64,000 nucleotides of DNA from Eledone cirrhosa (taxonomy: Eukaryota), in the NCBI GenBank assembly GCA_964016885.1, contig OZ024745.1, forward strand, positions 107,322,001-107,386,000, given 5' to 3'. Positions 45,262 to 60,559 of this stretch are shown here, piece by piece. Under the pieces are notes generated by a model. It saw only the letters and a list, made by a program, of their open reading frames with translations, was not told the origin of the DNA and searched no databases. Every line of letters begins with the position of its first letter. The stretch's first letter is position 1. The translations under genes were made by a program, and so were the position numbers.

Positions 45262-45525
45262 ATCCTGGTGGCCTCCAAAAATAACGGTCAATTTTTAAAG
45301 GGGTACGTCAATGTCTATTTATAAAACTGTTATATATTGTATTTTGTCTGAAGAAGGCATACCATAATGGTATCCTTGAAATATATATAATGAAATAAAT
45401 ATGGTTTTATAAATATAGTTTCCATTTATTAATATCGTATATCTACTCCAAATATTTGTCGAGTGCTTTATATCAGTTATAAAAATATTTGCTTGTATCC
45501 CAACAATTTAAATAAAACTTTTGCA
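45262..45525 (+). mobile_element. Family D relative with HHR at 45341-45396
   Basis: attttgt-CTGAAGA-aggcatacca(taa)tggtatcctt-GAAA-tatata-TA-atgaaat. Confidence 0.7.
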
Positions 45526-46182
45526 TATATATATATATATATATATATATTTCTCTTTTTCTGTTTTATATAGCAAGTCTTGAAACAGCTTTGTGTAATA
45601 TCCTCAAAACTTACTGCCAATACTCATATAGTCACAGAGGAAAAAAGCAAAAAAATTATTTTCTCATTAAGAAAAAAATATTTTATTTTCGATAGCGAGG
45701 CTACCCATTAAGTTTATATATATTTTCATATCTACATCTATAACACTTAAAAGCTCTCGTAGTGCTACCAGCAATGAAATGTAAATATCTAAGTTCGCAC
45801 TATATGCAATTGCGCTTTTGCAGCCGATGTTTTCTATATTCTGTATGCAAATGAGCATCTCCAGCAAATTATCATCAGGCAAAATGTTATAAAGACCCTT
45901 GTCTATTCCGTGCCAGTATGCGTTGAGACAGTATCACCAATGAAACCTTAACCATACTTGAAACAGCTCTGTCTAATATTTTTTAAAACGAACTTGCAAC
46001 TCTCTGATACATTCAGAGGAAAATAGTGAAAAATAATTTGTTTTTCATTTCGAAAAATATTTTTCTTCGATAACGAGGCCACCCATGTATTTATTGTATA
46101 TAAACGTATATGCTCATACGTTTTCATATACACTTCTATTCTGCTTAAAGACTGCCTTAGTGCTGCCGCCAATTATATATAT

Positions 46183-46799
<617 letters not shown>

Positions 46800-46915
46800 G
46801 AAAGAGGTGTGTGTGTGTGTGCGTGTTTCCATATATGATTCACATTGTGCAACTCGTAAATTAGAACGGGCTAATAAATTCTATTATTCCGTTTGTACAT
46901 CATATATATACATAG

Positions 46916-47025
<110 letters not shown>

Positions 47026-49174
47026 ATATGAGGAAGGGGGTTATACGTGTGTATGTCTGATATGATATTTTATAATCATTACAATTATTGGTTGCAACCT
47101 CTCAAGTGACACCGCATAAAATTCAAAGAGATGTAAGGAAAAAGAAAACATATATACACACACACAAGCATACATGCACACATACACACACAGATTAAGA
47201 GTCAACAAGAATTTGAACTTGAGACATGTTCAAAAGTGGAGGGAGAGTATGATAAAGAAATACAAACATTGATTATTATTACTTTAGCAGATTTTTGGTT
47301 TTTCGAAGCAACTCTGTCAAACTCAAAACAAACACATGTCGAAACACATTTGTTGTTTTGGAGTAAGTAGGATATCTCGCAAACTGTTGTGCCACTTTTC
47401 ATTTCACTAAACTGATGAGTTAAGCGTTATAAAACGTGACTGTGTCCCAACAATATACTGGGCTGTATACTTTGCCATCTTCCGTGCGTTATTGCTAGTG
47501 AAATTTCGCGTAAGGGGACTATGTCTACTCCTCTCGATACCAGATTCATGGAAACATTCATGAAGAATGTTCGAGAATATATGAGAAGTTTACAAAACAT
47601 TTCTATAATGTACAAAGATACAAGTTTTGTGAGGGTCGAGCCATAGTCATTTATATCGAACCATGCATTAAGACTGGTACTATTTTTAATGTCTTCGGGA
47701 AAAATAATGAAATACAAAATCTAATAATCCCAATTCAACATCAATTTTGTTTGAATTTATGATCAGTATTACGATATTGCAGCTGTTTACATGTTTAGGT
47801 TGCATTAAGTATGGGACTTGCTAGGCAATTTCATTTAAGAGTCTTCACCATGTGTACTGTATGGTAACAGTGATAGAGCACACACATTTGTTCCTTTAGT
47901 TATGCTGATACTGTATCATTTTAAAGAGCTGTAAAACTTGCTTCTAAAAATGTTGTGGAATTCATTCGTAATCTGAGGATTGACTTCATGTTCATAATAA
48001 ATGTAACGGGAAATGAGCTGATGCAGCCGTCTATACAGATGCGAACCGCCAGAAAATCTAATACATATTATCACACACTTAGGGGGACTAAAAGACATGG
48101 TAATTGCTCAGGTTCATTACGTTTAAATTTCTCAAATAGGTATGGCAAACTGCAGCTAGAGTACCTTGTTAAAAAAAAAAATCCAGAGGAAGATAACGAG
48201 GAAACACCTTTGTATTTTCCCATGGAAATTTTATGACAAGCCCATAGCACATGTCAAGACAATGTCCAAGACAATTGTACACTTGATTCCGTAGAAATGA
48301 GTGAAACCGAAATTGTGTAGATTAATATGTTCCGCACACATTCTCCTATTGTGACGTTACGCAGATATTTTTTTATTCCACTAGAAATATTTATCTATGG
48401 CAAAAATGACATTGAATCCAGAAATATTTGGATGTAATTTCCAACAGTTATAGAATTTCCATATGGCATATATCTGTGCACTTAGCCACTGAACTAAATT
48501 TCATGAGGATTTGGAATTCAATATCTGTAGCTTGCTTCCTATATTCTACAGTAAACACTTACTCTAGTTTTTTTCCCCCCAGCTTAGCAATCCTCTGAAA
48601 TTTTCTGTCCACATATGGTTTTAGTTGAAACTTTGCGCAAAAAGTTTTCCCAGTCTAAAATTTTATGAAAAAGTCCTGGGTCCACCATTCGTCTTCTGAA
48701 ATTTTAATAAAAATAAAGGTCATCACGTGGTATTTAAAAGAGTATTTTTTAGTACGGTAAGTTTTTCTAAACCAATTGATATTCAGCATGTAATAACATA
48801 CGTATAGATACAGAATGATATGTACTTAAACACATATTACACAAATCCTACAGATCCACAGATGCAATAACGTCCATACCTACTCCCCACCCCACCCCAC
48901 CCCACGCACACACACAAACAAACAGACACACAACTCAAATAGACAACGACACACACACACGCACACATAGAAATGAGAGAATTTTGGTTGTTTTAGAAAC
49001 CGGTTCCATCTATTGGTGAAAATTAAACAGAATATATATAACCAGAACCTACCTACCTACCTATATACATACATACATACTACAAAATACATATTACATA
49101 CATACTTACATATATACATACATACATACATACATGCATACATACTTACATACATACATACATTCATACATTCA

Positions 49175-52100
49175 TCAGTCAACGCGATCAGTCGTGGGAG
49201 ACTATTTATTAAATTTAAGATGAATACTATCTCCGACAGTAATGCCACAACTACAGCCAGGTTGAATAACTGGTTATTCTTCTAACTATCCCTTCTGAAG
49301 ACACCTTTTATTCGAATTCGTAGAGATATCCGACTAAATACATAATTCGTTTTACAAGGATTTGCTACAAACACTATGGCTGAACACAACATCAACAAGA
49401 AAATTAAGGAAGTATCGAAGACAAATAACAAAGAAGGTAATCAAACGTTATTCAGTTGTAGCTACAGAAGAAACCGAAATTATAAATCGCATTTCTCTTG
49501 GAGTTGCGAACTTAATGATTTATTTAATTGCTATAAAATGGCAAAAAACAATCCCTCCATTGGCTATATGAATAGAATGAAGCTACACTTGGACGAAATG
49601 CACCCAGAACTAAATTATTTCACAGCGAAACAATTACGCCAACAAGTGACGTTTGTTGAACGTAAAAATAAGATGAATATTATTAATTGTAAGTCCCCCA
49701 CAACAAACATGGAATCAACAACACGTGCTACAGATCGCCATGCTACTAGACTTCCTAGCAGCCAGGTCGAACAGCGCCTTGAAACAACTATGCCTGTAAG
49801 AAACTTGACACCACCTGTACCATCTAAGTCTACCTCGAATGCTGGGGAAAACACTATCGATAATAATAATAATAGAAGAAATAATAATAATAATCGAATA
49901 AATGTGACACCACGTATACCATCCGAGTCTACCTCGACTGTTGTGGAAAATACTATCGATAATGATAATCAAAAGTATAAACAATTGAAAATTTCCCTCA
50001 ACGAAATCTTCCAGAGAGAAATTAACTCATGTATAAATATCTCTCTGGCTGAACGTGTTAAAATGACAATGGTGAATAAAAAACCAAATAATGAAATACT
50101 ACGTGTTATTGACGAAATAGGGGATGAATATTTACGACGAATAAAAACCCCAACATTTTGGCAAATCAACGCCTGTTTATATGCCTTAGCAATGACAGTG
50201 AAGCATTATCTTGGTGATAGCAGAGATATTAACAAGAACAAAACACCACCAAAAATACCATCATATATAACTAAAATAGAAAAAAAAGAGTGCTGACCTA
50301 CGAAAAAACATAGGACACGTGACAATGCTCCTTATATGAAAACAAACACAAAAAATACTCACTCCTCACCAAAAAAGAGTAAAAATAAAATAGAGACGAT
50401 GTTTGGTAACAGTAGAATCAGAACTCTCCAATATAAGCTGATCACCCTCAAACAAGAATTGAGAGCTGTTAGCGAAAAACGCCGATACCTGAAGAAGGTA
50501 GATGAGAGAAAAATGCTTAATAAAAGATTCAGACGAAACCAAACATCAGTCTATAGAGATATGAAGGGCAAAATAATAAGTGTCACTGAGGCCCCATCCC
50601 AGGAAGACATAGATTCCTTTTGGAGAAAAATATGGGGTGAAAAGAAGAATTTCAACCAAGATGCAGTGTGGCTAAGAGAAATCCGAAAGAACTATTGCTC
50701 CTACACTACAACAAAAACATACAAAATAAGTGAGGGTACTCTTGAGATGTGATAGGAAAACTCCAAGATAAGAAAACACCAGGAAGAGACATGATTGTCG
50801 GCTACTGGTACAAAAAACTAATATTCTATCGGAGGTATCTTACTGATCTCTACCAACAAGTTCTTAAGGGAGATACACTTATACCAGAATGGTTGACATT
50901 AGCACAAACATTACTGGTCCCCAAGAACAAAGACACCCACTTGGCAAAAAACTACCGACCCATTGCATGCTAGAACCTGATGTATAAGATGTATACAGCC
51001 TGCCTGAACCTATTCCTCCAAGATCACTGTGAAAATAATAACATCATCACAGATGAACAAGCAGCTGGAAAGAAAAGGGTTTGGGGATGTGCTGAACAAC
51101 TCCTAATCAACAAAACTTCGATGTCGGAGGTGCAACAACTTAGGAGGAATATGACTACAGTCTGGTTGGACTACAAGATAGCTTTCGATTCTGTTCCCCA
51201 CTCTTGGATGATAGAGGCCCTCCAACTTGCTAAAGTCCCAGACATTATTGTCAGAGCCATAGAGAGGCTGTCTTCTTCTTGGGCTATCCTAAGGTTAAAG
51301 ACAGAGAGGGAGGACTCTATTTTCACTGATAAAATAAAATATTGCAGGGGTATATTTTAGGGGGACAGTCTCTCTGTGATATTGTTCATCTTGTCATTAA
51401 ATGGTCTAACTGTTTCACTGATATCTGAAGAGGACTGCTACAGATACCTGGGTATAGATGAGAACATGTCCTATAATGGTATCTGTAATAAAGAACGCGT
51501 AACCAGGGAATACTACACCCGATTAAGAAAGATCTGGTCATCGGAACTCTCTGCGCAAAACAAAACAGTGGCTCACAATGTGTTTGCTGTGCCAGTCCTA
51601 ACACCAATGTTTGGAATACTCAATTGGACGATAGACGAAATCTGAGCAGTTGATGTTGGAACTCGAAAAATACTGAACAACACCGGAAACTTCCACATCA
51701 ACAATGACATAGACCGCCTTTACTTGAAACGTAGCAGGGAGGCAGAGGCCTAACATCGGTCCAGACAACATTTGAATGTCGCATCATATCTCTCCGACAA
51801 CATCTACGAACCTCGAAGCGTATGAGCCCGCTTCTCGATCAAGTCTATCTGCATGAAACAGATAAGATCATGAGAGTTGGGAAGGAACTCCTTGAGAGAT
51901 ATTCCCTGTATGATAATCAAAAACTCACACCCAGGGATGTCGCTCAGCAGTATCGCAGTGAATCCATGGATTAAAAACTGCATGACTATCAGCAAAAAAT
52001 CATGCATGGATATGTTGCCAGGAAGCTCCAAAGTGAGAGTAATATAAATAAGGAAAGTAGTCTATCTTGGACCAACAACCGCTATATTGACTCCCACCTT

Positions 52101-52203
52101 GAAGGATACGCTTTTGCAATCCAAGAACAGGAGATTAGCACGAAATACCTGATTCACAAAAGAGATAGGGATGCAGGCAAAACACCTAGATGTGATAACA
52201 AGT
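49175..52203 (+). mobile_element. R4/Dong-clade non-LTR retrotransposon with a pseudogenised RT ORF
   Basis: KTPGRD, LVPK..NYRPIAC, WLDYKIAFDSVPH, RGIF*GDSLS..LF and YRYLGI motifs, with stops and frameshifts. The YxDD segment is missing at ~51400. Confidence 0.85.
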
Positions 52204-52648
52204 GCCCATGGTACCATGTGACCACAAGTGCAGAGAGATCTCCAGATACAAAGCAATGCCTGTGCCGTCAAGCTTTTATAGTGAGCAAAGGCACTGCACA
52301 AAGCCAGTCCCACTCTCTTAACCAAGATGATATTTACCAAAAAGAAGAACAAGTCAACATCATTGGATACCATCAGGGTTGCAGATGTTATATCAGAGTT
52401 TTCCTTTTCCTAGAATTCTGCCTTGACAAAGGCTAAGCGGTCATCTCTCCCGGTGATTTTGGATGGCCATTGACTCTTAAAAGCTCCTTTGCCCTTTGAC
52501 AGGTTTTGTTTTTAGTCCTGCAGGGTGTCCAAAGTCACCCTCCTCACCAGAAAACTTGGTGGGGTTGCCAGTTTAGTCGACAACGACCCGACCATGAGAC
52601 AGGTTGTACTGGGATACATGTTATCAGTAGCACCAACTGGTGACCTGA
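52203..52648 (-). mobile_element. 5' part of the RTE derivative seen at 28854-29433
   Basis: High identity to 29041-29273 (inverted) and 28854-29040; diverged piece at ~25860-25960. Confidence 0.7.
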
Positions 52649-52710
52649 CATGTACACATACACGCATACATACATACATACATACATACATACATACATA
52701 CATACATACA

Positions 52711-52744
<34 letters not shown>

Positions 52745-52842
52745 CTTACATACATATATACATACATACTTACATACCTATATACATACATAAATACTTA
52801 TATAATACATACATAGATACACACTTACATACATACATACAT

Positions 52843-53300
52843 AACCTGAAAATAAAAACTGCCACCAAATTAAAGCACAACCGGCCTGATATTGTTGTTT
52901 GGAACCACACAAGAAAACGTTTTCTGTTGTGGAGATCAGTTGACCACTTGATGTAAACGTTGTCAGAAAATTACAGGAGAAGGAGGACATCTACGGACCA
53001 TTGATGAGGAGTTTATAAATCCAGTATCCAAGATACACCTTTAGCTTCATACCCATCATTATTGGAGCTACAGGTTATATACTAACCCGCTTGGACCAAA
53101 GTATGACTGAACTTGGATTTGCGGACAAAGAGCGCAGTTCCCTAATTCATAGTCTACAAATGGCTGCGATAGCTGGCACCTTCAAAATTTGCAAAACATT
53201 CTTGCGATTCAAGGGATGACAATTTCTTTTCTTTTACAACCTTGCCACCAGGAAGGTGGCCGGTCAAAAAAATATACTCGAAATTAAGAGAAAGAGATAA
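52843..53300 (+). mobile_element. R4/Dong 3' end with restriction-like endonuclease domain, between (CATA)n tracts
   Basis: HNRPDIVVW..EIS..K..IPIIIGATG..KTFL; 3' hairpin gccacc(aggaa)ggtggc. Confidence 0.8.
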
Positions 53301-54015
53301 CACATAGACACACATACATACATGCATACATACTTACATACATACATACACACATACGTACATACATACATACACACATACATACATACATACATACATA
53401 CATACATACATACACACACACGTAGTTACATACATACGCACATACATGCATACATACATACACACACACATACATACATACATACACACCCACATACATA
53501 CATCCCATACATACATACATAGATAATACATACATACTTACATACATAGACACATACGTACACTCATTCATACACATACATACACACACACATACATACA
53601 TTCACACACACATACATACATACACACACACATACAAGTGCAAATAAATGAATCCTCCAGTCACCTTCCAGACAATTTCCGCTTACCTAATTTCCCTCAC
53701 GATGGTTGAGATTATCCGAAGCTATAGTTGCAACAATTACACAAGATGCCAGGCAGCGGGATCGAATTAGTATCCTTATGATTACAAAGCGGTTAATTTA
53801 CAACGAATGAGCGTGTGTATTTGTGTGTGTGTGTGTATGTAAGTGTGTGTGTGAGTAAGTGTGTGTGTGTCTAAGTGTGCGTGTGTGTGTGTCTGTCTGT
53901 ATGTGTAGGTGTGTGTGTGTATGTGCTTTGAGTTAGCATTAATCTTTATCCTTTGACTGAGAGTGAAAGAAAGTATGATAGATAGATAGAAAGATAGATA
54001 GATAGATACATAGAT

Positions 54016-54757
54016 AAATTTCTTTATTAGCCACAAGGGCACAAAAGAAGGGGAGAAATACAAATGGGGAGTTTACATACAGGTATATGAAAATAAAACT
54101 ATTAATAAAATAACAAATAACAATTGAAATCCCCAATAGGGGGAGGCGTTACACAGGGGTTGTACACACCCCGAAAAATGTAAAACCCTCATCTCCAGGA
54201 GCACCAAGAATGAGTACTCCCTTTCTCTCTTCCTCTTTTTCCTCAACCTACAGGCTGATATAGAGAGAAGGCCCAACCACTCGGGCCATCTTTGCCACAT
54301 TCACCCACCTTTTATAAAATTTGCTGGGGTACAGCACCTCTCTCTCCATCCTGCTTCTTCTTCCAAAATGATATTTGAAAAAACGAATCAGTTGTTCGCC
54401 GGAGAGAAAGGTGTCTGACCTCAGCCCTTTTAACCTCGTCCACCATATAACCTCTTTCACCATAGCCATAACACATAGGAAAACCGTCTCTCCTTCGTTT
54501 TTGAAGGAGGGTGGCGGTTTGATCATGACAATGGACTCCGTGGTCAACTGGATTGGTCCCACCCGCGACAATAGTCGTTCTAATAGCCCCACAGGTCGGT
54601 AACGGCCGGGCAGTGTACAAATGCGTGCTCGACGGTTTCCTCGTCACGCACGCATCTCGGACAGATCTTTTTCGAAGGCTCCCTTCCCGGGCGCCCAATG
54701 TCTGTAGAGCTTGTCTCGAACTGGTAGAGCTCCTCGGTAGCACTAGAAAGAAAGGTT
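54016..54757 (-). mobile_element. 5'-truncated Tx1/L1-like LINE inserted in (GATA)n
   Basis: CPRC..ETVEHAFVHC (CCHC zinc finger) followed by ..IWWTR..RW; (GATA)n on both flanks. Confidence 0.8.
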
Positions 54758-54831
<74 letters not shown>

Positions 54832-55179
54832 GACAGGAAAGATAAATAAAAGAAGAAATGACAATAGAAGAAAACTAAACAGAAGGAGATAGAAAAAATG
54901 AAAGGGGGGAAGGACAGAGAGAAGGAGGAAGCAAAGAGTAAAGGAAAAGAGGATGAGTGCATGGGAAAACAATTATCAAAGCTAAATGGTTAAAAATATG
55001 CATCTGCAGCATCACTAGTGCCGGTTGGGGTGAGGTCTCAGGTGGTGGTTTAGCACAGGTTTGGGTGGTGAGGTTACAACATGAAGTAACGAGGGTGGAT
55101 AGACGAGTTATTCAGCCTGTAGATATATGTTTCACATAGGCAACCACATACCAACACATATATATATATACTTATACGC

Positions 55180-55248
<69 letters not shown>

Positions 55249-55759
55249 TATATATACATTTTGTTATATATATATATGTGTGTGTGTGTGTAAATATATA
55301 TATATATATATGTAATGAAACATGTATATTATGAAATTGTTCTATATACATGCAAACATTCGTCTTTCTATATGTCTCTCATATACACTTCCTTCCCTCT
55401 ATCTCTCTTTATGTGTGTATGTATATATATATATATATATAAATATGTATGCATGTATATATGTATGTATGTATGTATGTATATATATATATATGTATGT
55501 ATGTATATATGTGTATATATATATATATATATTTGTGTGTGTGTGTGTGTCTGTGAATGAGGGAATACATGTGTATACGGTTATGTGTATCGTTGTACTT
55601 ACAACCTCCTCACGTCTGTTTTCTAAACATAACAACATCGGTCTTGCAACGATGGCTTTCTGATGACTAAATCTTCTAGAATAACCCATAAGCGATTCAT
55701 CACATACTGTTCAAGCCCTTAAGTTCTCTTCCTTAGACTATAATCACCGCAACCGCCAC

Positions 55760-55802
<43 letters not shown>

Positions 55803-56120
55803 GTAATCATCAACTTCATTATGATGATGATCATCATCAAAATCATCTTCCTGATTGTCATGATCGTTATCCGCTTCATCATTATTTTTACTGCATCATC
55901 TCTCTACTTTCTTTAACATGATGTCCTCTTTTTTCATTTCGTTTTTCATCATCCTCTGTCTCACATTTCCCCCTCTTTCTACAACTCCATTGTGCTCCTA
56001 TTTATCACGCACGGTCATCTTCACTATCATCATCAACCTCATAAACAGCATCACTGGCAAAAAGGTAATCAGCGTAAAAAATTACCATGGGTGAGAATAC
56101 ATGTGGTTGCCTCTATCTAT

Positions 56121-56179
<59 letters not shown>

Positions 56180-56346
56180 ACATCACACACACACCACATC
56201 ATACATAGATATATATGCTGTATATATATAAATATATATTTCATACTGGGATTGTTATATCCTTGTTCCTGGTGTGTCCATATGAAATGAGTCACGGCAT
56301 AGATCTTTCTTCATGTAAATATTAGGTAAAGCATAAAGATGACACC

Positions 56347-56429
<83 letters not shown>

Positions 56430-56565
56430 AAATAAAACAAGAACGAGTGGTTACTCCTTCATTACGTTTATCGGTTGGTGACGCGCGTTTGGCCACCGAT
56501 CAGCTCAAGGTCCGATTTGTAGCGATCTAGCCCGACTCTATAACCCACGGCTCGCCAGCCCTTGG

Positions 56566-56570
<5 letters not shown>
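56430..56570 (-). mobile_element. PLE-like fragment with a degenerate long-stem-II HHR; homologue at ~15365-15503(+)
   Basis: Two-copy consensus ggt-CTGACGA-gcc..~60 nt..ggc-GAAAC-gcgc-GTC-acc. Confidence 0.5.
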
Positions 56571-56594
<24 letters not shown>

Positions 56595-56596
<2 letters not shown>

Positions 56597-57470
56597 ATGT
56601 ATAATAAACAATACAATATAATTACCTCATTACCAGAGGTTTCCCGAATAAGACGAATACGATAAACGTCCTCATTCGTTCGTCGGATAAGGCAATTTAA
56701 AACATAGTGAAATATTTGAAATATCTCTTCAAGTAAGGCAAAAGTTTAACGGGCAAAAAAAATATAAATAAAAGTAATACAAGAGATAGATAAAAAAAAT
56801 AAGGAAATATAGTTAGGGTATGTGTATAAATGTGTGTATATTCACTCACAAATGTACATATGTGTGTATATAGAAATGCATGTATATAGTGAAAAAATAT
56901 GTGCGTAAGTACATATATGAGGGCAAGCATATCAGTGTATGTGTGACCACAAATACGTATATAATATATGTTGAAAAAGGAATTGTAAGATAATAGAGTT
57001 AACGTACATCCAGATACAGGTATTAAGGAATGAAATATACACACATACAAGTATGAAAGCACGCGTATAAACACACACACACGCGCGATAACTCACATGC
57101 GAGTGATGTATAGAGGGAAGGGAGTCTATCAGCCAAAGTGGTGTCAGTCTGAGGCTCGATACATATAAAAATGAAACAATATAAGAGAATAAAAATGTTT
57201 AAATCAAAGAGAAAGTAAAAGGGAGGTGTTATCAATTATAAATTAACACTAGAAAAAAAGAGAAAACAAACAGGTTCGTACGTACACACATATATATATA
57301 TATAAATATATATATATAAAAACGTACAGACAAAAGCACATACATGCGTACATACATACAGAGGCGCGCATACATTCACACGAAGCACACATATATATAT
57401 CGGCACATGTATATCTAATCACACGTACGTACGCGACTATATATATATATATACATATACACACATACAT

Positions 57471-57502
<32 letters not shown>

Positions 57503-58933
57503 ATGCACATACACATACATTCACCCATACACACACGTATATATAAGTATGTAAAAAACATAGATATAAAAAAATAGATATAAAAACACACATACACACA
57601 CATATATACACACACACGCACACATATGGAGGCGTTCGTATACATATACAGAACGCAAACACATACATGCACACTCACACGCATAGATACAAATTATAAA
57701 CCAGCCGTATGAATAAATGAGTACAAATATAAAAGCGGCTGCGAAGCAACAGAATATATCTGGAGTTGAAAACGCAAGTTACCTGTGATAACAGGTAGTG
57801 AAAGAAAATGGGGGAGTAAAATGTGGAATTGTGAATCAAAAAGTAGGGGGGGGGGTTACTGGTAGATGTGAAGTAAAAATAAATAAAAATAAAAATAAAA
57901 ATAAAGTTTAAAATAAATCAGAAAGAGAAGTCTCTAAAGAGGATAATTAAAGGAAAGTGAAGAACAAGAGTTTATGGAGGATAAGTATCTGAAGTGAGTT
58001 AAGTTAATATGAGCTGGAAAGCAAGTGTGATTTCATGTGTGGGTAACTGTTGAAAATTTCTGTTTTTGCATTTAGGTAGGTTTTTGGTGATTTAAGATTC
58101 TGTAAAATCCAATATTTTTCACTTATTCAGAGTGTGCATCTTCTTGTTCCTCTTGCATATTCACCCTCTGCATAATTGAAAAATATTGGATTTTACAGAA
58201 TCTTAAATCACCAAAAACCTGCCTAAATGCAAAAACAGAAATTTTCACCAGTTGCCCACTCATGAAATCACACTTCCTTTCCAGCTCATATAAACTTAAC
58301 TCACTTTCAGATACTTATCCTCCATAAACTCTTGTTCTTCACTTTCCTTTAATTATCCTCTTTACAGACTTCTCTTTCTGATTTATTTTTAACTTTATTT
58401 TTATTTTTATTTTTATTTTTATTTTTATTTTTATTTTTATTTTTATTTTTATTTTTATTTTTATTTTTATTTTTATTTTTATTTTTATTTTTATTTTTAT
58501 TTTTATTTTTATTTTTATTTTTATTTTTATTTTTATTTTTATTTTTATTTACTTTACATCTACCAGTGACCTCGCCCCTACTTTTTGATTGACTTAATAT
58601 CTTCACAATTCCACATCTTCCCCATTTTCTTTCACTACCTGTTACCACTGGTAACTTGCGTTTTCAACTCCAGATATATTCTGTTGCTTCGCAGCCGCTT
58701 TTATATTAGTACTCATTTATTCATACGGCTGGTTTAAAATTTGTATCTATGCGTGTGAGTGTGCATGTATGTGTATGCGTTCTGTATATGTATACGAACG
58801 CCTGCGTATGTGTGCGTGTGTGTGTATATATGTGTGTATGTGTGATTTTTATATCTATTTTTTTATATCTATGTTTTTTACATACTTATATATACGTGTG
58901 TGTGTGTATGGTTGAATGTATGTGTATGTGCAT

Positions 58934-58965
<32 letters not shown>

Positions 58966-59411
58966 ATGTATGTGTGTATATGTATATATATATATATATA
59001 TAGTCGCGTACGTACGTGTGATTAGATATACATGTGCCGATATATATATGTGTGCTTCGTGTGTATGTATACGCGCCTCTGTATGTATGTACGCATGTAT
59101 GTGCTTTTGTCTGTACGTATTTATATATATATATATATTTATATATATGTGTGTACGTACGAACCTATGTTTGTTTTCTCTTTTTTTCTAGTGTTAATTT
59201 ATAATTGATAACCCCTGCCTCTTACTTTCTCTTTTATTTATATTTTTTTTGCCCGTTAAAACTTTTGCCTTTCTTGAGCAGATATTTCAGATATTTCACT
59301 ATGTTTTAAATTGCCTTGTCTGACGAACGAATGAAGACGTTTTTCGTATTCGTCTTATTCGGGAACCTCTGGTAGTGAGGTAATTATATTGTATTGTTTA
59401 TTATACATTAA
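56595..59411. mobile_element. Head-to-head pair of 5'-truncated Penelope-like element 3' ends (2.8-kb inverted repeat)
   Basis: Arms ~56595-58146 and ~58160-59411. The centre encodes CTLCI.EKYWI..LNAKTEIF.SC.H..HLL; HHRs near both outer ends (56622-56695 minus, 59311-59383 plus). Confidence 0.8.
58145..58327 (+). pseudogene. Remnant C-terminus of a PLE ORF (GIY-YIG-associated CxLC-EK-LN-E-CxH pattern)
   Basis: Translates ..TLCIIEKYWILQNLKSPKTCLNAKTEIFTSCPLMKSHFL..*; the mirror copy reads RRCTL*ISEKYW..NSYPHMKSHLL. Confidence 0.6.
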
Positions 59412-59484
59412 ATTTAGCTCTGGCACTTACATAGAGCACTCTTCACTCCTATGACTTTTTCAATTTTCAACGGAAACTTCAATA

Positions 59485-59549
<65 letters not shown>

Positions 59550-59858
59550 TTATTTATATATATATATATATAATAAGTTGACGGTACTAGTATGGGTTTC
59601 ACTGTTAGTAGCGGTTGCATCTCAGCGTAGTCAATAGGTAATGAAAAATGCCAGAGTAGACACATAGTTATTCGCTTCAATACAACACACGTAAATGGGT
59701 ACCTTTATTCTATACCCGTACTCGAGTTTCGGCGACACTTACTGCAGCAATAAAGTTTACAACATCCACTGCCTGCATTTATTACGCAACAATGCACAAT
59801 CGGCGCATGTGGCTTCATCAGCGGTTATCATAATTGATAGTCCTCCGTTAAATATGTG

Positions 59859-59890
<32 letters not shown>

Positions 59891-59971
59891 CATATATATA
59901 TATATACTAGCCGAATTACCCGCGCCTTGCTGCGTTTTCACACATTTTTCTTTGTAAGGAAATGATGATAG

Positions 59972-60330
59972 ATACGTCTTCACTACCGCCGTCTTCAGAA
60001 ATATTAATTATTTCTGAAGACGGCGGGTAGTGAACACGTATGTATTTTTTCTTACTATGATATTTTGTAATATTTTACATAGATCAATAATTGAATGGAC
60101 ATACGAGGAACTACCCCCTAGAAACGATCGTAAAATAATGAGTTTTACTATGAATTAACCGTTTTGTGTATAATTTCATTGTTTTAATATTTCTATTTTT
60201 GACTCTGTATCCAATGAATTATATCTTTGAAAATTTTGTATTTTAAACTTTGCTTCACGACATCTACATACGTATTACATTGAGTTCTTCATACGGTTTA
60301 GACCCTACCATTGATTGGTAGATTTATCTC
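59972..60330 (+). mobile_element. Diverged relative of the 17 kb family; HHR at 60007-60139 with a short 5' fold-back
   Basis: attattt-CTGAAGA-c-ggcgggtagt...actaccccct-a-GAAAC-gatc-GTA-aaataat; shared tail cattgagttcttcatacgg..ttggtagatttatct. Confidence 0.8.
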
Positions 60331-60369
60331 TGTATATATATATATAAATGTGAAATGTGTGTGTGTGTG

Positions 60370-60420
<51 letters not shown>

Positions 60421-60455
60421 TGTGTGTGTCTGTGTGTGTTAATGGGTGGGTGGGT

Positions 60456-60559
<104 letters not shown>

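Noticed and set aside
49290-49330. CTGAAGA in the R4 5' region as a ribozyme
   Set aside because: No properly placed stem II, GAAA or stem I pairing.
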